Shown here in pieces: positions 20,135 through 31,680 of a stretch of 64,000 nucleotides of DNA. The position numbers were made by a program, and so were the translations under genes. The first letter of the stretch is position 1, and every line of letters starts with the position of its first letter. The stretch lies in contig CAIVRE010000015.1 in the NCBI GenBank assembly GCA_903908245.1, forward strand, positions 5,468 through 69,467. The letters are read 5' to 3'. The DNA is from Candidatus Omnitrophota bacterium (GTDB taxonomy: Bacteria > Omnitrophota > Gorgyraeia > Zapsychrales > Fredricksoniimonadaceae). The notes beneath the pieces were generated by a model, which saw only the letters and a list, made by a program, of their open reading frames with translations, was not told the origin of the DNA and ran no database searches.

Positions 20135-22693
20135 ATGGCCACGGGGCTGATACTTCTTCTGGTGTCTGCTTTATTGTTTGGTTGTTCATTTTCTAATATT
20201 ATTAATGTGAACGGGTTTTTCCTGGGGGGGTGGCTTATGGCCATCCCCCTTTTGTTTTTACTGGAGGGGAAAAGCTGGCGCACGCGCATAGTGCTGGGAT
20301 TGGGCTGGGGCGTACTGGCGCATGGATTGCTTATCTGGTGGCTCTTGCCGATATCGCCGGTGGGGTATTGTGTTTTTGTCCTTGCGCTGTCGCTGCAGGG
20401 CGCGATCTTTGGTGCGTTGATGGCCGGGGCTCTTCGCTGGCCGGAGACCGCCCGATTGTTCTATATCCCCTGTGCGTGGGTTGTCAGCGAATATTTACGC
20501 AACAGGACGCTGGGGGGTTTTACCTGGGGGCTGGGGGAATCCCAGGCCGGGGTTCCGTCGCTTATTCAGTCTGCCCGTTTTGGCGGCGTATATGCGGTCA
20601 GCTGGCTGATGGTTCTTTTTGCCGCAGCCTGTTATTTGCGTATCAAGCACAAAGGTGCGGGAGCGGTCAAAGACCCCCCGTCGCTGATGTTGGTTGTTTT
20701 TCCGCTGTGTGTCTGGATCGCGGGGGCGGCCGCCATGGCCATGGAGGATGTCCCGAAAGAACGCTCGCTGCGTGTGGTGCTGGTCCAGCCGAATATTTCA
20801 CGGGCCGAAAAAGCCAGCGCCTCCTTGTATAACGAGAATATGAACCGTCATCTGATCTTAAGCAAGAAAGGCGCACAGCAGGTCCGGCCGGACATCATCG
20901 TCTGGCCCGAGACCGCGTTCCCGGATGATATTATGCGTGATGCGCTCTGGCGGCCGAGGATGGAAACGGTGGCACGGAATTTCAATGCCTGGTTCATTTT
21001 CGGGTCCGCGCTTCTTTCGGATGACGGGCATGACCTTAACGCGGTATTATTTTTAGACCCGAAGGGGAAATGGCGGGATGTTTATTACAAGCGCTATCTG
21101 GTTCCTTTCACTGAATATTTGCCGGGGGACCGCGCGTCGGCATGGCTGGCCAGGGTCGGTGGGATGCAGAGTTATCATTTTTTGCCTGGCCAGCGCCGGG
21201 GGATGGCTTATCTGGACGGCCCGAATGTGGTGGTGGGGGCTGTGATCTGTTCGGAGGAGGCGTATCCGGCCCTTTTCAGGGATCTGGCGCAAAACGATGC
21301 CGGGGTTTTTATCGGAGTACTTAACGACGGGTGGTTCACGCGCCCGGAAGCGTTGATGCTGCACGCGGAGATGGCGGTATTCCGTGCGGTTGAGACCGGC
21401 CGGCCGCTGGTGCGTGCGGCCAATACCGGCTGGAGCGCCGGGATCGACAGCCGGGGCCGTGCAATAAGAACGGCCGTGTTGCAGTCGCCTGGCTGGGTGG
21501 CGGTCGATGTCCATCCCGGGAAAGGGCGAACATTGTATGTAAGATTTGGCGATGTTTTTGTGTGGCTCTGTGCCGGGTTTGTTATAATTATTCTTATGGG
21601 AAAACGAAGATCGGGATGCCTTGGGCTTGTTCTGCTGGCGCTTGTGCTGCCGGCGTCTGATGCCGGCGCGGCGGCGGCGGTCCAGCGTCGGGCCCAGCAG
21701 CAGAAACAGATGCAGGCCCAGCAGATTCAGCAGTACCAGCAGCAATTGCAGCAACAGCAGTATCAGCAGTATCAGCAGCAGCTGGCGGAACAGCAGCAGG
21801 CCCAGCAGGTGGCGGCGTATAAGCAGGCAGCCGCCCAAAAAGCCGCCGAGGAGTACGCCGCGCAGAAGCAGGCCATGGAAGCGGCTGTTGCTAAAAAGCA
21901 GGCGGAACAGCAGGCCGCTCAAGTTGTGACGGCGGTGGCACAAGATCAGGCCCAGCAGGTCTCCCAGTATCAACAGGCGGTGGCGAGCAATAATGTGGCG
22001 GCCATGGTCGCCTATAAGCAGGCCCAGCAGGTCAAGGCCTATCAGGACGCGCAGGCCCAGGCGCAGTTGAACGGTGATATCAAGCAGTATGCCGAATATA
22101 CGATGAAGCGTAACGCCCTGATGCAGGCCCAGGCGGCCCAGGCGGCGCAGGAGGAGACGGATCGGCAGTTATTGACCCAGGCGGCGTATCAGAAAACGGC
22201 GGTCATGAAAAAACGATCGGAGCTTAACGCCGCCTATCAGGAGGATGTCCGCCGCCGGATGGGAAAACAGCTGCAGGATACGGTCATGGCCCCCCGGGCG
22301 GCGGAAGGCGCGGCGGCGGACAGCGCAGCAGCCCCCGCTCCCGAAACGACGGTTGGCCTCGAAGAGCTTTGGGCCGCGCTGGATCATTCGGCCCGTCCGT
22401 GGGTCAAGATCGTGGACCGGGAGATCAAGCTTTTGACGGTCTCGCAATTTATTGACCGGTTCCGCAAGGGCGGTATTGTTATCAGCCACTCTCCGGGTGA
22501 GTATGTCGGGAAGATCGATTCCGTTGCGGCGGGCACTCCGGAGATGCTCAATTCGCCGTTCGGGAACCTGCTCAGTTACGTTGCCATTATGGATTATGAT
22601 TTTGAGAACGGGCAGAACAAGGATGAGCTGGCCCGTCAGGTGCTGGGCGATGCCAATTTCTGGTCCAATAAACGCCGGTTGCAGCGCAAATGA
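20135..22693 (+). CDS. lnt: Apolipoprotein N-acyltransferase (Lnt) domain fused in-frame to a ~340-aa extension: an extra hydrophobic helix, a Q/A-rich low-complexity tract and a ~110-aa globular C-terminal domain
   Basis: N-terminal multi-TM region plus CN-hydrolase domain (VVLVQPNIS..., WPETAF..., VICSEEAY... catalytic Cys context) ending at ...VIIILMGKRR around nt 21610. It then continues without a stop through LGLVLLALVLPASDAGAAAAVQRRAQQQKQMQAQQIQQYQQQ... to 22693. Confidence 0.7.
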   Translation: MATGLILLLVSALLFGCSFSNIINVNGFFLGGWLMAIPLLFLLEGKSWRTRIVLGLGWGVLAHGLLIWWLLPISPVGYCVFVLALSLQGAIFGALMAGALRWPETARLFYIPCAWVVSEYLRNRTLGGFTWGLGESQAGVPSLIQSARFGGVYAVSWLMVLFAAACYLRIKHKGAGAVKDPPSLMLVVFPLCVWIAGAAAMAMEDVPKERSLRVVLVQPNISRAEKASASLYNENMNRHLILSKKGAQQVRPDIIVWPETAFPDDIMRDALWRPRMETVARNFNAWFIFGSALLSDDGHDLNAVLFLDPKGKWRDVYYKRYLVPFTEYLPGDRASAWLARVGGMQSYHFLPGQRRGMAYLDGPNVVVGAVICSEEAYPALFRDLAQNDAGVFIGVLNDGWFTRPEALMLHAEMAVFRAVETGRPLVRAANTGWSAGIDSRGRAIRTAVLQSPGWVAVDVHPGKGRTLYVRFGDVFVWLCAGFVIIILMGKRRSGCLGLVLLALVLPASDAGAAAAVQRRAQQQKQMQAQQIQQYQQQLQQQQYQQYQQQLAEQQQAQQVAAYKQAAAQKAAEEYAAQKQAMEAAVAKKQAEQQAAQVVTAVAQDQAQQVSQYQQAVASNNVAAMVAYKQAQQVKAYQDAQAQAQLNGDIKQYAEYTMKRNALMQAQAAQAAQEETDRQLLTQAAYQKTAVMKKRSELNAAYQEDVRRRMGKQLQDTVMAPRAAEGAAADSAAAPAPETTVGLEELWAALDHSARPWVKIVDREIKLLTVSQFIDRFRKGGIVISHSPGEYVGKIDSVAAGTPEMLNSPFGNLLSYVAIMDYDFENGQNKDELARQVLGDANFWSNKRRLQRK

Positions 22694-22722
22694 CCGATGG
22701 ATTTTCTTCCATGGCACTCATC

Positions 22723-22750
22723 TTGACATAACAATAAAGGGTGTTATAGT
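22723..22750 (+). promoter_or_regulatory. Sigma70-type promoter upstream of carA (TTGACA-N16-TATAGT)
   Basis: Hexamers at 22723-22728 and 22745-22750. Confidence 0.45.
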
Positions 22751-22803
22751 AATGCAGGTTTTTGAATGAATTTCCCGTCACAATTCCATAAAGAACAGCT
22801 GTA

Positions 22804-23895
22804 ATGAACAAAGCGGTCCTTACCCTCGAAGATGGCAAGTGTTTTTACGGGCGGTCTCTCAATATCCACGGAGAATCGGCCGGTGAAGTTGTTTTTAATA
22901 CCGCGTTGTCCGGGTATCAGGAAGTCCTCACCGATCCGTCCTATGCCGGGCAGATCGTGGTGATGACCTATCCCTTGATCGGCAATTATGGTGTTAACGA
23001 TGAAGATGTCGAATCTTCCAGGATCCATGTGAAAGGTTTTGTCGTCAAGGAGTTCTGCCGCACCCATTCCAATTTCCGCGCTAAAAAGAGCCTGATCCAG
23101 TATCTTGACGAGAATAATATTATCGGTATTGAAGGGGTTGATACGCGCGCGTTGACCCGCCATTTGCGCCTTTCCGGTGCGATGAAAGGCCTTATTTCGA
23201 CCGAGGACTTCGATCCAAAGAGCCTGAAAGCGAAGCTGGCCAAGGTCCCGTCCATGGAAGGTGCGGACTGGGTCAGGGAAGTGGCGTGTAAAAAGGCGTA
23301 TGTCTGGAAGGCCGAAGGGCAGAGGAAATACAGGGTCACGGCGATCGACTGCGGGATCAAGTTGAATATCCTGCGCGAAATGGCCAAGCTTGGCATTGAA
23401 ACTTCCGTGGTTCCGCCGACGACAGGCGCGGCGGAGATCCTGGCCGCATCACCGGACGGGATATTCCTGGCCAATGGCCCCGGAGACCCGGCCGCGGTCA
23501 CCAATGTCATTGCGACGGTCAAAGAGCTTGTCGGCAAGAAGCCGATCTTCGGTATTTGCCTTGGGAACCAGATGATCGGGCTTGCGCTGGGTGGCCGTAC
23601 GTATAAGCTCAAGTTCGGACATCACGGGTGCAACCATCCGGTCAAGGACCTTGAGACCGGGCGCATCAGCATTACGTCGCAGAATCACGGGTTTTGCGTG
23701 GACATCAACAGCCTTGATAAAGACGAGGTCGAGGCGATCCATATCAATCTTAACGACAAGACGGTCGAGGGGTTGCGGCACAAGAAATATCCGCTGTTTT
23801 CCGTTCAGTATCATCCGGAAGCGGCCCCGGGCCCGAATGACGCGAAATATCTTTTTGGTCAATTTATCGAAATGATGGAAAAACATAAAAATTAA
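22804..23895 (+). CDS. carA: Carbamoyl-phosphate synthase small (glutaminase) subunit
   Basis: MNKAVLTLEDGKCFYGRSLNIHGESAGEVVFNTALSGYQEVLTDPSY... canonical CarA. GATase Cys region GICLGNQMIGLALG. Confidence 0.9.
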   Translation: MNKAVLTLEDGKCFYGRSLNIHGESAGEVVFNTALSGYQEVLTDPSYAGQIVVMTYPLIGNYGVNDEDVESSRIHVKGFVVKEFCRTHSNFRAKKSLIQYLDENNIIGIEGVDTRALTRHLRLSGAMKGLISTEDFDPKSLKAKLAKVPSMEGADWVREVACKKAYVWKAEGQRKYRVTAIDCGIKLNILREMAKLGIETSVVPPTTGAAEILAASPDGIFLANGPGDPAAVTNVIATVKELVGKKPIFGICLGNQMIGLALGGRTYKLKFGHHGCNHPVKDLETGRISITSQNHGFCVDINSLDKDEVEAIHINLNDKTVEGLRHKKYPLFSVQYHPEAAPGPNDAKYLFGQFIEMMEKHKN

Positions 23896-26800
23896 ATGCC
23901 AAAACGCACCGATATAAACAAGATCTTGCTTATTGGCTCCGGCCCGATCGTTATCGGCCAGGCCTGTGAGTTCGATTATTCCGGGACCCAGGCGTGTAAA
24001 GCGCTCAGGGAAGAGGGCTACGAGATCGTGCTGGTGAATTCGAATCCGGCCACGATCATGACCGATCCGGAGACGGCCCCGCATACGTATATCGAGCCGC
24101 TCAATGTTGAGTTCCTGGAGAAGATCATTGCCCTGGAGCGCCCGCAGGCCATCCTGCCGACACTGGGCGGGCAGACGGGCCTGAACCTGGCGGTCGAGCT
24201 GTGGGAAAAAGGCATTCTGGCGAAATATCAGGTTGAAATGCTTGGCGCGAAGTATGAGGTCATCAAAAAGGCCGAGGACCGCAAGCAGTTCAAGCAGGTG
24301 TGCCAGAGCATCGGGCTCGACCTGCCGCGCAGCTCGTTTGCGTACACTCTGGATGAAGCGCGTGAAGTCGTTAAAGAGATCGGTTTTCCCTGTATTATCC
24401 GTTCGAGCTTCACGCTGGGAGGGACAGGGGGGTCCATTGTTTATTCCAAGGACGAGTTCGACGTCAAGGCCCAGCGCGGCATTGACAGCAGTATTATTTC
24501 CGAGATCCTCATCGAAGAATCGATCGAGGGGTGGAAGGAGTACGAGCTTGAGGTCATGCGGGACAACAAGGATAATGTTGTTATCGTTTGTTCTATCGAG
24601 AACATGGACCCGATGGGCGTGCATACCGGGGATTCCATTACTGTGGCCCCTGCCCAGACGCTGACCGACCGCGAGTATCAGCAGATGCGCGACCAGTCGC
24701 TGGCGCTCATCCGTGCGATCGGGGTCGAGACCGGCGGGTCGAATATCCAGTTCGCGGTCCATCCGAAGACCGGCCGGATGGTCGTGATCGAGATGAATCC
24801 GCGCGTGTCGCGCTCTTCGGCGCTGGCCTCCAAGGCGACCGGTTTTCCGATCGCCAAATTTGCGGCCAAGCTGGCGGTGGGGTATTCGCTGGACGAGATC
24901 CAGAACGACATTACCCGCGAAACACCGGCGTCCTTCGAGCCGACCATTGATTATTGCGTGACCAAGATCCCCCGGTTCACGTTCGAGAAATTCCCCGAAG
25001 CCCAGGACATCCTCGGCATTCAGATGAAATCGGTCGGCGAGACCATGGCCATCGGCCGGACGTTCAAGGAGTCACTGCAGAAGGGCCTGCGGGGCCTGGA
25101 GATCCATCACATCGGGTTTGACAACAAGGCCGATTACCGTAATATCGAGGAAGAAAAAGTCTTGAAACGCCTGCGCGAGCCGAACGCGTCGCGGATATTT
25201 TATATCAAGTATGCCCTTCAGCGCGGGATGACCGTCGATCAGGTGGTCGAGATCACGCGCATGGACATCTGGTTCATTGCCCAGATGAAACAGCTTCTGG
25301 ATTTCGAGAATGAAATGATCGCCGAGTTCGCGGCGACAAAAATGCTGTCGGACCAGGCCTTGCGGCAGGCCAAGGAGTGGGGCTTTTCCGATCCGCAGCT
25401 GGCGGAGATCATGGATTGCTCCGAGAGCGCGGTGCGCACCCTGCGCAAGCAAAAGGGTATTGTGGCGACATTCAAGGTCGTGGATACCTGCGCGGCGGAG
25501 TTTGAGGCGTATACGCCGTATTTTTATTCCACCTATGAGACCGAGGATGAAGCGATCCTGCAGAATGAAAAGATCTCGAAAGCCAAGGGGGCTGACCGTA
25601 AGAAGATCATGATCCTCGGCGGTGGGCCGAACCGCATCGGCCAGGGCATTGAATTCGATTATTGCTGTTGCCACGCGTCATTCGCGCTCAAGGAGCGGGG
25701 TTTTGAGACTATTATGGTCAATTCCAACCCGGAGACGGTTTCGACCGATTACGACACGTCCGACCGCCTGTATTTTGAGCCGCTGACCTTTGAAGATGTG
25801 ATGAATATCATGGATGTCGAGAAGCCGGACGGCGTTATTGTCCAGTTCGGCGGACAGACACCGCTGAACCTTGCCCGCCGCCTGCAGCAGGCCGGCGCGC
25901 CTATTATCGGCACCAGTGTTGATTCGATCGATGCCGCCGAGAACCGCGAGAAATTCGCCGCGCTGATGGACGAATTGAAGATCGCCCAGCCCAACAACGC
26001 TACGGCGACGACGGTGGAAGAGACGGCGGCCGCGGCGCTGCGCGTGGGGTATCCGGTGCTGGTGCGCCCGTCCTATGTCCTGGGCGGCCGTGCGATGCGC
26101 ATTGTTTACGATGAAGAGTCCCTGATGTCGTTCATTGACGAGATCACGGATGTTTCCCGCGGCCATCCGATCCTGATCGATAAGTTCATCGAAGACGCCA
26201 TGGAAGTGGATGTTGACGCCGTCTGCGACGGGGAGCAGGTTTATGTCGCGGGCATTATGGAGCATATTGAGAACGCGGGGATCCATTCGGGCGATTCCGC
26301 CTGTGTCCTGCCGCCGCATACGCTCAGTGAAGAGATATTGGCCGAGATCAAGGAAAACACCCGCCGTATCGCGCTGGCGCTCAAGGTCATTGGCCTGCTG
26401 AATATCCAGTTCGCGATCAAGGGCGAGAAAGTCCTGATCCTTGAGGTCAATCCGCGCGCGTCGCGCACCGTGCCGTTCGTATCGAAAGCGATCGGCGTGC
26501 CTTTGGCTAAAATGGCCGCACGCATTATGACCGGCGAGAAGCTGACAGGGTTTAAATTGCCCGATATTGACCGTTTGGGGATGGTGGCGGTCAAGGAATG
26601 TGTCCTGCCTTTTTCCCGTTTTTCGGGAGTGGATATCATCCTGGGTCCCGAAATGAAGTCCACCGGCGAGGTGATGGGGATGGCGCCTACGTTCGGCGCG
26701 GCCTATGCCAAAAGCCAGATGGCGGCCAATCAGGGGCTGCCGAAGAAGGGCGGCGTTTTTATCAGTGTCAACGAGAATGACAAGCGCGCCATTGCTTTTA

Positions 26801-27150
26801 TGGCCAAGCGCCTGCACGACCTCGGGTTCAAATTGTTCGCGACCAAAGGGACTGCGAAAGTCCTTCGGACAAGCGGAGTTGCTGTTACACTGGTGGACAA
26901 GACCGGGGAAGGGCATAACAACATTTTGACGCTGATCCTGAAAGACGAGATCAATCTGGTCATCAATACGCCATCGGGCAAAAAAAGCCAGTTCGACTTG
27001 CGCAAGATCCGCGCGGCGGCGATCCTGCATAATATCCCTTGCATTACGACCATCCAGGGCGCGGCGGCGGCGATCCATGGTATCGAGGCGAGTTTAAAAG
27101 AAGGCTTCACGGTCGAGTCGCTCCAGAGTTACTATCAGAGATGTCCCTAA
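23896..27150 (+). CDS. carB: Carbamoyl-phosphate synthase large subunit
   Basis: 1084 aa. [37 protein letters not shown]... two ATP-grasp halves and an MGS-like C-terminal domain. Confidence 0.9.
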   Translation: MPKRTDINKILLIGSGPIVIGQACEFDYSGTQACKALREEGYEIVLVNSNPATIMTDPETAPHTYIEPLNVEFLEKIIALERPQAILPTLGGQTGLNLAVELWEKGILAKYQVEMLGAKYEVIKKAEDRKQFKQVCQSIGLDLPRSSFAYTLDEAREVVKEIGFPCIIRSSFTLGGTGGSIVYSKDEFDVKAQRGIDSSIISEILIEESIEGWKEYELEVMRDNKDNVVIVCSIENMDPMGVHTGDSITVAPAQTLTDREYQQMRDQSLALIRAIGVETGGSNIQFAVHPKTGRMVVIEMNPRVSRSSALASKATGFPIAKFAAKLAVGYSLDEIQNDITRETPASFEPTIDYCVTKIPRFTFEKFPEAQDILGIQMKSVGETMAIGRTFKESLQKGLRGLEIHHIGFDNKADYRNIEEEKVLKRLREPNASRIFYIKYALQRGMTVDQVVEITRMDIWFIAQMKQLLDFENEMIAEFAATKMLSDQALRQAKEWGFSDPQLAEIMDCSESAVRTLRKQKGIVATFKVVDTCAAEFEAYTPYFYSTYETEDEAILQNEKISKAKGADRKKIMILGGGPNRIGQGIEFDYCCCHASFALKERGFETIMVNSNPETVSTDYDTSDRLYFEPLTFEDVMNIMDVEKPDGVIVQFGGQTPLNLARRLQQAGAPIIGTSVDSIDAAENREKFAALMDELKIAQPNNATATTVEETAAAALRVGYPVLVRPSYVLGGRAMRIVYDEESLMSFIDEITDVSRGHPILIDKFIEDAMEVDVDAVCDGEQVYVAGIMEHIENAGIHSGDSACVLPPHTLSEEILAEIKENTRRIALALKVIGLLNIQFAIKGEKVLILEVNPRASRTVPFVSKAIGVPLAKMAARIMTGEKLTGFKLPDIDRLGMVAVKECVLPFSRFSGVDIILGPEMKSTGEVMGMAPTFGAAYAKSQMAANQGLPKKGGVFISVNENDKRAIAFMAKRLHDLGFKLFATKGTAKVLRTSGVAVTLVDKTGEGHNNILTLILKDEINLVINTPSGKKSQFDLRKIRAAAILHNIPCITTIQGAAAAIHGIEASLKEGFTVESLQSYYQRCP

Positions 27151-27169
27151 AAGGGTAAGGCGTGCGCGT

Positions 27170-30150
<2,981 letters not shown>

Positions 30151-30172
30151 GTCTTTGTATACATGTTCGTAT

Positions 30173-30202
30173 GGGCCGAGCTTGTCTCGGCCCGTTGTTC
30201 TT
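30173..30202 (+). terminator. Intrinsic terminator after pyrG
   Basis: GGGCCGAG-cttgtc-TCGGCCC followed by gTTGTTCTT. Confidence 0.55.
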
Positions 30203-30359
30203 ATTGTCTGATCTTTGCAATGTAACGGGCTGCAGGATTCACCCCAATGCTAGGAAGCCTCATCCTTATCTAATAAGGGTAGTAGGCTGAGTCTTCAACC
30301 GCATTGGGGTAAATCCTTCCGCCCTAACGAAAGTGCATGTAGCTCGCCTTTCGAATTTC

Positions 30360-30387
30360 TTGACACTTGTTCGAACTGTGCTAATAT
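30360..30387 (+). promoter_or_regulatory. Near-consensus sigma70 promoter (TTGACA-N16-TAATAT) ahead of the repeat region and tRNA-Leu
   Basis: Hexamers at 30360-30365 and 30382-30387. Confidence 0.5.
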
Positions 30388-30433
30388 TCTGCCTCGCTGT
30401 CATCCCGAACGAAGTGAGGGATCGCAAAGTTTC

Positions 30434-30706
30434 ATTGTTATTTGAATATGATTGATTTTTCGGATCTTATGGTGGTGCAATGCTTCTTTTCGTATTTATT
30501 AGGATAGGAATCATTCGATTTATTGTTATTTGAATATTATCGATCTTTCGGACCTTAGGGTGGTGCTATGATCCCTACCTTCTGTTTTTATTAGGTAATA
30601 AATTGTTTCGTGGGGATGGGATATAAATAGTTTTTTGGGATCTTATGGTGGTGTTATGCTTCCTTCCTTCTTTTTTTATTAGAAAAGGAAGCATTCCACC
30701 ACCCGA
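30434..30706 (+). repeat. Three tandem, degenerate ~85-105-bp repeat units, each containing a GGATCTTATGGTGGTG box, a hairpin and a short ATG...TATTAG mini-ORF
   Basis: Unit 1 30434-30520, unit 2 30522-30630, unit 3 30631-30706. Unit 3 forms a 19-bp imperfect hairpin GGTGGTGTTATGCTTCCTT/AAGGAAGCATTCCACCACC. Units 2 and 3 encode MIPTFCFY* and MLPSFFFY*. Confidence 0.6.
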
Positions 30707-30736
30707 AGCAAGCAATATACAGAATATATACTACAC

Positions 30737-30820
30737 GCGCGGGTGGTGAAATGGTAGACACGTACGTTTGAGGGGCGTATGCCGCAAGGTATGAGGGTTC
30801 AAGTCCCTCCCCGCGCACCA
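30737..30820 (+). tRNA. tRNA-Leu (anticodon GAG), type II with long variable arm, CCA encoded
   Basis: 84 nt. Acceptor GCGCGGG/CCCGCGC, anticodon stem TACGT/GCGTA with loop TTGAGGG (U33, GAG, G37), T-arm GAGGG-TTCAAGT-CCCTC. Confidence 0.85.
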
Positions 30821-30830
30821 TTTGAGAGAA

Positions 30831-30888
30831 CCGGGACACAATGCATTTTTTAGGATTTTTATAAAAATGTAATGTGTCCCGGTTTTTT
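30831..30888 (+). terminator. Intrinsic terminator after tRNA-Leu
   Basis: CCGGGACACA...TGTGTCCCGG long hairpin followed by TTTTTTG. Confidence 0.6.
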
Positions 30889-30904
30889 GTGTAAAATAAT
30901 GCCT

Positions 30905-31615
30905 ATGAAAAAGATCGAGATCAGTGCCAGCCTTCTTTCCGCCGATTTTGGCCGGATCGCCGAAGACCTTAAGCTTTGCGAGGATTGCGGCGTTGAGCGT
31001 ATTCATGTGGATGTGATGGACGGGCATTTTGTGCCGAATATCACCATTGGCCCGGTTGTGACCGCGGCTGTGCGCAAACACACGAAGTTGTCTGTTGAGG
31101 CGCATTTGATGATCGAGCATCCGTGGGATTATATTGATGGTTTTATTGATGCCGGTGCGGACATTATCGGCTTGCAGGTTGAGTGTTATGGCGAGCGCCG
31201 CCTGGCGTGCCGCAGTTATGGGCAGTATCCCAAAGAGATCGATGTGCTTGATACCGCATTGTTTATGCGGGATTGTGCGCGCATCAAGGCCCGCGGGAAA
31301 GAAGCGTGTGCCGTCATTAATCCTGGCACGCCTGTTGAGGTCCTCGATGGTGTTCTGGCGCAGGCCGGCAGTGTCCTTGTGATGTCGGTCAACCCCGGGT
31401 TTTCAGGGCAGAAATTCATGCCTGTTGCGCTTGACAAGATCCGTTATATCCGCGCCCGTTTTCAGGGGGATATCGGTATTGACGGCGGGATCAATGCCCA
31501 GACCGCGCCGCAAGCGGTCAAGGCCGGGGCCAATGTCCTTATTACAGGCAGTTACTTTTTTTCAAGTTCTTCCCGTCAGTTGGTGGTTCAGGGCCTGAAA
31601 ACCCTTTCCGCTTAG
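30905..31615 (+). CDS. rpe: Ribulose-phosphate 3-epimerase
   Basis: MKKIEISASLLSADFGRIAEDLK...HVDVMDGHFVPN... canonical Rpe with an internal insertion. Start set after the upstream terminator. Confidence 0.8.
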   Translation: MKKIEISASLLSADFGRIAEDLKLCEDCGVERIHVDVMDGHFVPNITIGPVVTAAVRKHTKLSVEAHLMIEHPWDYIDGFIDAGADIIGLQVECYGERRLACRSYGQYPKEIDVLDTALFMRDCARIKARGKEACAVINPGTPVEVLDGVLAQAGSVLVMSVNPGFSGQKFMPVALDKIRYIRARFQGDIGIDGGINAQTAPQAVKAGANVLITGSYFFSSSSRQLVVQGLKTLSA

Positions 31616-31680
31616 CGCAAATCTCCTTTATATGGTATATTTTATTTGTAAGATCGTATTAAACGGAACGGTGATCTTCT

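Noticed and set aside
20230-20832. 200-aa ORF in an alternative frame within lnt
   Set aside because: It overlaps the well-supported Lnt frame completely and has a Gly/Arg/Ala-rich composition typical of off-frame GC-rich translation.
21053-21973. 306-aa Leu-rich ORF on the minus strand opposite the Q/A-rich tract of the lnt fusion
   Set aside because: It is the complement of CAG/CAA repeats (CTG gives Leu), with no start context. It is spurious.
30434-30706. CRISPR array
   Set aside because: The tandem units are degenerate (70-85% identity), of unequal length and lack the constant-repeat, variable-spacer periodicity. No cas genes are nearby.
30872-30904. Longer rpe ORF starting at 30872 (MCPGFLCKIMPM...)
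   Set aside because: It overlaps the tRNA-Leu terminator stem-loop. MKKIEISASLL at 30905 matches the canonical Rpe start.
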